Shown piece by piece: positions 58,865 through 64,000 of a DNA stretch of 64,000 nucleotides (position 1 is the first letter of the stretch; every line of letters starts with the position of its first letter). The translations under genes were made by a program, and so were the position numbers. Source of the DNA: an uncultured Fimbriimonadaceae bacterium (lineage in GTDB: Bacteria > Armatimonadota > UBA10988); the NCBI GenBank assembly GCA_964531735.1, contig CAZHGD010000012.1, positions 1-64,000 on the forward strand, in the 5' to 3' direction. Below the pieces are notes generated by a model. The model was not told where the DNA came from. It was given only the letters and a program-made list of their open reading frames with translations, and made no database searches.

Positions 58865-60252
58865 CCGCCGACCAACCGCCCGGCAACGACCTGACTCGCG
58901 CTGACCTGCCGTGGCGCCTGGCCCAGCAGGTGGCAGTGGTGTTCGCCGTCAGCCGGCTGTTGGCCTGGTCGCTCGGCGTCCGGTTCGATGCCGCGCCGTT
59001 GGGCTACTACGTGCAGTACGCCGACCCGGTGCTGCTGCAGCATGACCTCTGGCGCACGTTGGCCGTGCTGCACAGCCAGCCGCCGCTGTTCAACCTGTTC
59101 CTCGGCGTCGTGCTGCAGGTCGCCGGACCCGCGGCACCCGTGGTGTTCTGGGCCTGCTTCCTGCTCTGCGGCCTGCTGCTGACCGAGACCATCGCGCTGG
59201 CCCTGGCCGCCCTGGGCCTGGACCGCCGTCGCGTGCTGCTGCTCACAGCGCTGTGGTGCGCATACCCGTCGGCCATCGTCTACGAACACTGGCTGTTCTA
59301 CACGCTACCGGTCACCGCCGCGCTGACCGGTCTCGTCTGGAGCCTCTACCTGCTCGCCCGCGACGGCCGGCGGCGCCACGCGGTTGCCGTGGGCCTGCTG
59401 CTGGTGGTCGTGCCGCTCACCCGCAGCCTGTTCCACCTGGCCTGGCTGCTGGGTGTGGCCGGGCTGGCCTGCTGGCAGTTGCCCGATCGGCGCCGGCGGC
59501 TGGTCCCGGCGGTCGCCGTGGCGGTGCTGGTCGTCGGCGGCTGGTACGCCAAGAACCTGGTCTGGTTCGGCACCTTCGGCGCCAGCAGTTGGGCCCCGTT
59601 CAGTCTGGCCAAACTCACCACCACGCAGCTCGAGCCCGCCGTGCGCGCCGCGGCCCAGCAGACCGGTGAGCTGTCGCCACTCGCCGAGGTCCCGCCGCTG
59701 GCACCGCCCACCTGGTATCCCGCGGAGCTGCGCGCCACACCGCTCACCGGCTGGCCGGAGCTCGACCAGGTGAGCAAGAGCACCGGCGACTTCAACCTGA
59801 ACCACGCGGTCTACCTGCGCCTGGCTCCGGTCTATGCCCGCGACGCGCGCTGGGTGCTGCGGCATCGGCCCGCCGGCTACCTGCGTGCGGTCGGCCACGC
59901 TTGGCTGTCCTTCTTCGCCACGGGTGCCGGCTACCCGCTGACCCGCGGCAACCTACAGCGCCTCGGTCCGCTCGGCGAGACGGTGCGCCTGGTGCCCCTG
60001 GTGGCGCCACTGGTCTATCTGGTTCTGCTGCCGGCGCTGGTGCGGGCCGCCTGGCGCCGGCCCGCCGACACGCCCGCCGCCCGAGCCGAGCGGCTGCTGC
60101 TACTGACCGTGACGCTCAACGTCGTCTGGGTCGCCGTGGTCGGCAACGCCCTCGAGTTGGGCGAGAACTTCCGCTTCCGGTTCAACTGCGACCCGGGCGC
60201 ACTGCTCGCCGTCGGCATCTGGTGGCTGCGCCGAACCGCGCCAGACCGCTGA
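58846..60252 (+). CDS. Polytopic membrane protein, glycosyltransferase-39/ArnT-like fold (putative)
   Basis: At least 10 predicted TM helices. GTG start overlaps the upstream stop. No catalytic motif confirmed. Confidence 0.65.
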   Translation: MVGVAVTADQPPGNDLTRADLPWRLAQQVAVVFAVSRLLAWSLGVRFDAAPLGYYVQYADPVLLQHDLWRTLAVLHSQPPLFNLFLGVVLQVAGPAAPVVFWACFLLCGLLLTETIALALAALGLDRRRVLLLTALWCAYPSAIVYEHWLFYTLPVTAALTGLVWSLYLLARDGRRRHAVAVGLLLVVVPLTRSLFHLAWLLGVAGLACWQLPDRRRRLVPAVAVAVLVVGGWYAKNLVWFGTFGASSWAPFSLAKLTTTQLEPAVRAAAQQTGELSPLAEVPPLAPPTWYPAELRATPLTGWPELDQVSKSTGDFNLNHAVYLRLAPVYARDARWVLRHRPAGYLRAVGHAWLSFFATGAGYPLTRGNLQRLGPLGETVRLVPLVAPLVYLVLLPALVRAAWRRPADTPAARAERLLLLTVTLNVVWVAVVGNALELGENFRFRFNCDPGALLAVGIWWLRRTAPDR

Positions 60253-60302
60253 TCGGGCCGTCGCTGTTGCATCTGGCGCCAACCTCGGCTAGGTTGTGTC
60301 GT

Positions 60303-60308
60303 TATAAT
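60303..60308 (+). promoter_or_regulatory. TATAAT -10-like hexamer upstream of the symporter operon
   Basis: A perfect TATAAT in 70% GC DNA, 110 nt upstream of the small-subunit ATG. No convincing -35. Confidence 0.25.
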
Positions 60309-60417
60309 CACCCTTGCGGATCCATTAGTCGAAAAACCGTTGCTACGGCGGCGGGGGTTGTGCTAGCGTACGGCGACTCGGGCTCATGTGGCGCGGGTTG
60401 GACGCGGGAGGATGTCC

Positions 60418-60585
60418 ATGCTTGGTTTCGCCGACGGATGGGTGGCGGCGGCCTACCTGTTGTGCCTGGGTAGCACGCTCCTGTGTGTCGTCTACGGCCT
60501 GCTCTACTGGAACGAAGCGGACGACGAGCCGGCCCCGCCGCCGCCGAGCGCCGAGGACCTCGAGTTGGAGGACGCCGCTGTCTAG
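60418..60585 (+). CDS. Small membrane protein (55 aa), putative solute:sodium symporter accessory subunit (DUF4212-like)
   Basis: GGGAGG RBS. One TM helix followed by an acidic tail. Immediately precedes the symporter gene. Confidence 0.55.
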   Translation: MLGFADGWVAAAYLLCLGSTLLCVVYGLLYWNEADDEPAPPPPSAEDLELEDAAV

Positions 60586-60606
60586 GCTGGGGAGGCCTGA
60601 GCCCGC

Positions 60607-62208
60607 ATGAACTACGAGATTCTGGCGATTGTCGTCGGGGCGTACGCGCTGGCTATCGGCTACCTCGGGTGGCTGGGCTACCGGCGCACCAAGAGCGCGG
60701 CGGACTACTTGGTCGGCGGCCGGGAGATCCACCCGGTGCTGATGGCGTTGGCCTACGGCAGCACGTTCATCAGCACGTCGGCGATTGTGGGCTTCGGCGG
60801 CGCCGCCGGCATGTTCGGCATGGGCCTGCTGTGGCTGACCTTCCTGAACATCCTGTTCGGCATCTTCGTGGCCTTCGTCATCTTCGGCAAGCGCACTCGC
60901 GCCATCGGGGCCCGGCTGGACGCGCACACCTTTCCGGAGCTGCTCGGCCGGCGCTTCGACTCGCTCTTCATCCAGGGCTTCTGCGGCGCAGTGATCGCGC
61001 TGCTGATGCCGCTCTATGCGGCTGCGGTGATGATCGGCGGCGCGCGCTTCCTCGAAGTGCAGCTCCAACTACCGTTCGAGGCCGCGCTGTTCATCTTCGC
61101 GCTGTTCGTCGTCGGCTACGTGTTCTACGGCGGCCTCAAGGGTGTGGTCTACACCGATGCCCTGCAGGGCGTGCTGATGGTGGTCGGCATGACCATCCTG
61201 CTCTTCGCCACCTACGCCAACGTCGGTGGCCTGGCCGGCCACCGCGCCCTGACCGAGTTGGCCTCGAAGGTGCCGCCGCCGCTGGTGGCACAGGGCCACC
61301 GCGGCTGGACGTCGATGCCGGCCTTCGGCTCGCCGATGTGGTGGACGCTGGTCTCCACCATCGTGCTCGGCGTGGGCGTCGGCGTGCTGGCGCAACCGCA
61401 GTTGGCGGTCCGCTTCATGACGGTGAAGAGCGGCCGTGAGCTGAACCGCGCGCTGCTGCCCGGCGGGGTGTTCATCCTGCTGATGACCGGTGTGGCCTTT
61501 GTCGTCGGTGCCCTGACCAACGCCTACTTCTTCCAGAAGTACGGCAAGATCTCCATCGCCATGGTGATCGACCCGGCCACCGGCAAGCCGAACATCGACA
61601 AGATCATCCCGACCTACCTGACCGACGCCATGCCGCAGTGGTTCGGCTACCTGTTCATGGTCACGCTGTTGGCCGCGGCCATGTCCACGCTGAGCGGCCT
61701 GTTCCACGCCATCGGCACCTCCGTCGGCCGTGACATCTACCAGCAGGCCATCTCCAAGGGCAAGCACCAGGAGCGCACGGTGATGCTGGCCAAGGCCGGC
61801 ATCTTCTTCGCCTTCGTGGTGACCATCATCCTCGGTTACAGCCTGGGCACCGGCGTGATCGCGGTGGCCACGGCGCTGTTCTTCGGCATGTGCGGTGCCG
61901 TCTTCCTGCCGGCGTACCTTTCGGCGCTGTTCTGGCCGCGGGCCACGCGCACCGGTGTCATCGCCGGCATGTTGAGCGGCCTGACCACTTGGGGGCTGTG
62001 GGTCCTGTTCGTCCATGAGAAGGAGGCGGCGGTACTGCTGCTCTGCCAGGCCCTGTTCGGCACCACTTCGCTGGCCAAGGGCGGCACGCTGGCGGTGGTC
62101 GACCCGCTGGTCATCGGCCTGCCGGTGGCGTTGCTGGTCACGGTGGTGGTTTCGCTGCTGACGCCGAGGATGCCCGAGGAGCACACCGCGCGCTGCTTCG
62201 GCCAGTGA
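60607..62208 (+). CDS. Sodium:solute symporter family (SSS) transporter
   Basis: 13-TM topology. SSS signature region GGREIHPVLMALAYGSTFISTSAIVGFGGAA. Confidence 0.9.
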   Translation: MNYEILAIVVGAYALAIGYLGWLGYRRTKSAADYLVGGREIHPVLMALAYGSTFISTSAIVGFGGAAGMFGMGLLWLTFLNILFGIFVAFVIFGKRTRAIGARLDAHTFPELLGRRFDSLFIQGFCGAVIALLMPLYAAAVMIGGARFLEVQLQLPFEAALFIFALFVVGYVFYGGLKGVVYTDALQGVLMVVGMTILLFATYANVGGLAGHRALTELASKVPPPLVAQGHRGWTSMPAFGSPMWWTLVSTIVLGVGVGVLAQPQLAVRFMTVKSGRELNRALLPGGVFILLMTGVAFVVGALTNAYFFQKYGKISIAMVIDPATGKPNIDKIIPTYLTDAMPQWFGYLFMVTLLAAAMSTLSGLFHAIGTSVGRDIYQQAISKGKHQERTVMLAKAGIFFAFVVTIILGYSLGTGVIAVATALFFGMCGAVFLPAYLSALFWPRATRTGVIAGMLSGLTTWGLWVLFVHEKEAAVLLLCQALFGTTSLAKGGTLAVVDPLVIGLPVALLVTVVVSLLTPRMPEEHTARCFGQ

Positions 62209-62473
62209 GGTCCGCGCCGCAACGCCACCTGGCTCTGGGCCGCGCGGGCCGGGGCGGCATGGTGGCGCGCCGCGGGTCCACCCGACCGCCCTGGGGCCAC
62301 GCACAGAGCGGCCTGCGAATGACGTTGGCCCAGCCCTGGGGCGAAGCGTCTGCTGAGGGCAGCAGCAGCAGATGTGGTAGAATCGCGTACGAAAGACGGA
62401 AGCTCTCCAGGTCGTCTGCAGGGGCAAGCAGAGCGGCGATCAGCCGGTCGTGCACCGGCTCGAGGAGAGACAG

Positions 62474-63121
62474 ATGCTTCGTTCGTTCGGGTATGGCCGC
62501 CGTGGCCAGGCCGGTTTCACCCTGATTGAGCTGCTGGTGGTCATCGCCATCATCGCGATTCTGGCGGCGATCCTGTTCCCCGTGTTCGCCAAGGCGCGCG
62601 AGAAAGCGCGGCAGTCGAGCTGCTCCAGCAACCTGAAGCAGTTGGCCTTGGCGTCTTTGCAGTACATGCAGGACTACGACGAGACGACGCACGGTCGGCG
62701 CATGAACGCCGCGGCAGCCACGCAGGACTGGTGGCCGGTGTTGGTTCAGCCCTACATCAAGAACAACCAGGTCTACGTCTGCCCGTCGCACACCACGCCG
62801 GACACCGGCCACCGCATCCCGACCTCCTACGGCTGGGACTGCCTGGCCGGCGGGGCAGATACGCCATACGCACTGGCGACTTTCACCAAGCCGTCTGAGA
62901 CGATCATGTTCATTGATCACCTCAACGCCTGTGCCAAGGCGGTCTTCAACTGCGGCTGCGGCTGCGGCGGGGTGGCCAACCTGGTGACACGCTTCACGCA
63001 GGCCTCGCGGCACAACGAGGGCGCCAACTGCAGCTTCTTCGACGGCCACGTCAAGTGGCTGAAGACCGACAAGGTGCTGCCGGCCGTGAACGGCGCGCAG
63101 AACCCGTACTACCAGCGTTAG
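62474..63121 (+). CDS. Prepilin-type N-terminal cleavage/methylation domain protein, DUF1559 (H-X9-DG) family
   Basis: [58 protein letters not shown] is the Planctomycetota-type pseudopilin leader. C-terminal H...DG motif (FFDGHV). Confidence 0.85.
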   Translation: MLRSFGYGRRGQAGFTLIELLVVIAIIAILAAILFPVFAKAREKARQSSCSSNLKQLALASLQYMQDYDETTHGRRMNAAAATQDWWPVLVQPYIKNNQVYVCPSHTTPDTGHRIPTSYGWDCLAGGADTPYALATFTKPSETIMFIDHLNACAKAVFNCGCGCGGVANLVTRFTQASRHNEGANCSFFDGHVKWLKTDKVLPAVNGAQNPYYQR

Positions 63122-63297
63122 GCAGCCGTTCGGAGATCCTGTCCGGTCGGCGCGGGCCTGGTGCCCGCCCTGTCGTTGGCCGGTAGGTGCTTGGTGGCCC
63201 GCAGCTGGGCGACCCAAGGGTCGCCCCTACGGGACAACGTCACCGGCCGGCTGCTTGGGCAGCCGGCAGCGGGACCACGCGCCCGCCGCCGCTTCGT

Positions 63298-64000
63298 CTA
63301 GCTGCCGCCGGCAGTGTCGCACGGCGCGTGATTGCGCCCGAACTGGCCGCGCCAGAACGGCCGGCCCAGATGCCGCAGGACATAGCGCAGGCGGCCCTGC
63401 TCGTGTTCGGGCGGCCGGCGGCGCAACCGTGCGGCCAGCAGCTTGGCGCCGGCGCTAAGCAGCCACCACAGCAGCACCCCTCGCGCCAGCCACGGGCCAT
63501 GGGCCTGCGCCAGGTAGCGGAAGTAGCCGTCGTGCCGCCGCATCGTGCTGAGGTCGCTGGCCACCTGCCGGCCGCTACGGTCACCCAGGTGGATCGCCTG
63601 GTGCTCGGTCAGCAAGCCGAGGTCCCAGCCGGCACGGAATAGCCGGTAGCCGAAGTCGATGTCCTCGCCGTAGAGGAAGTACCCGGCATCGAAGCCGCCG
63701 ATCGCGGCCATGGCCTCGCGGCGGATCAGCAGGCAAGCGCCCATCACCCAGTGAGCTCGGCGCACTTCACCCCACGGGCCCGATGGCACCGGCAGCAGCG
63801 CGCCGTGCGGTCGCTCACGCGTGGCCCGGTCCAGCCGTAACGTCGGCGCCGGAAACGGCCGGGCGTTGTCGGTGGCCTCGCCGTCTTCGGCCAGCAGCAC
63901 CGGTGCGCAGGCCCCCAGCGTCGGGCACGCCGCCAGCGCCCCCAGCATCGCCGCCAGGGCCGGCTCGTCCAACAGCGCGTCGGGGTTGAGCAGCAGGCAG
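63298..64000 (-). CDS. Family-2 glycosyltransferase, C-terminal part; the 5' end lies beyond the window
   Basis: GT2 block GACLLIRREAMAAIGGFDAGYFLYGEDIDFGYRLFRAGWD. The ORF continues to the window edge. Confidence 0.7.
   Translation of the reverse strand, partial: CLLLNPDALLDEPALAAMLGALAACPTLGACAPVLLAEDGEATDNARPFPAPTLRLDRATRERPHGALLPVPSGPWGEVRRAHWVMGACLLIRREAMAAIGGFDAGYFLYGEDIDFGYRLFRAGWDLGLLTEHQAIHLGDRSGRQVASDLSTMRRHDGYFRYLAQAHGPWLARGVLLWWLLSAGAKLLAARLRRRPPEHEQGRLRYVLRHLGRPFWRGQFGRNHAPCDTAGGS

Overview
The window is a 64 kb chromosomal segment of very high GC content (about 70%), most likely from a Planctomycetota-like bacterium. Supporting signs are a DUF1559/H-X9-DG prepilin-type protein and many secreted glycoside-hydrolase, sulfatase and lectin-like proteins. 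I call about 45 protein-coding genes. Coding strand is read from codon periodicity and protein-family signatures; the many long antisense ORFs in the six-frame track are high-GC artefacts.

Housekeeping genes:
- smc 3' end, tilS, ftsK, pgi
- rluD, lspA, a dksA/traR-family gene, rfbD
- a sodium:solute symporter with a small accessory subunit

Carbohydrate-degradation genes:
- a two-domain GH55-like beta-helix protein
- a clan-A glycosidase
- a ricin/esterase/SMP-30 multidomain protein
- an arylsulfatase with the C-x-P-x-R motif
- a Pectate_lyase_3 plus LamG protein
- several very large secreted proteins of unknown function

Accessory content:
1. An Rsr (Ro60, TROVE plus vWA) gene sits directly downstream of a 131-nt tRNA-like non-coding element with an encoded CCA end and a 72-nt expansion replacing the anticodon arm. 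This is a candidate Y RNA of the tRNA-mimic YrlA type. The 620-nt spacer is structured and carries three copies of the rare heptamer GGTTATC. The next gene upstream is a DEAD/DEAH plus DUF1998 (MrfA/YprA-like) helicase.
2. A type II restriction-modification pair: a gamma-class N6-adenine methyltransferase overlapping by ATGA a PD-(D/E)xK endonuclease that is tentatively XamI-like.
3. A yqiJ/yqiK-like NfeD plus flotillin pair with a His/Asp-rich repeat.
4. A HEPN-like two-gene module behind a near-consensus promoter.
5. An unusual fusion of a papain-like(?) domain with a xylose-isomerase-like TIM barrel.
6. A 171-bp exact direct repeat marking a duplicated rluD 3' fragment that flanks a lower-GC cargo of an ankyrin-repeat gene and a zinc-ribbon gene.

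No CRISPR array, rRNA, canonical tRNA, transposase or integrase was found.
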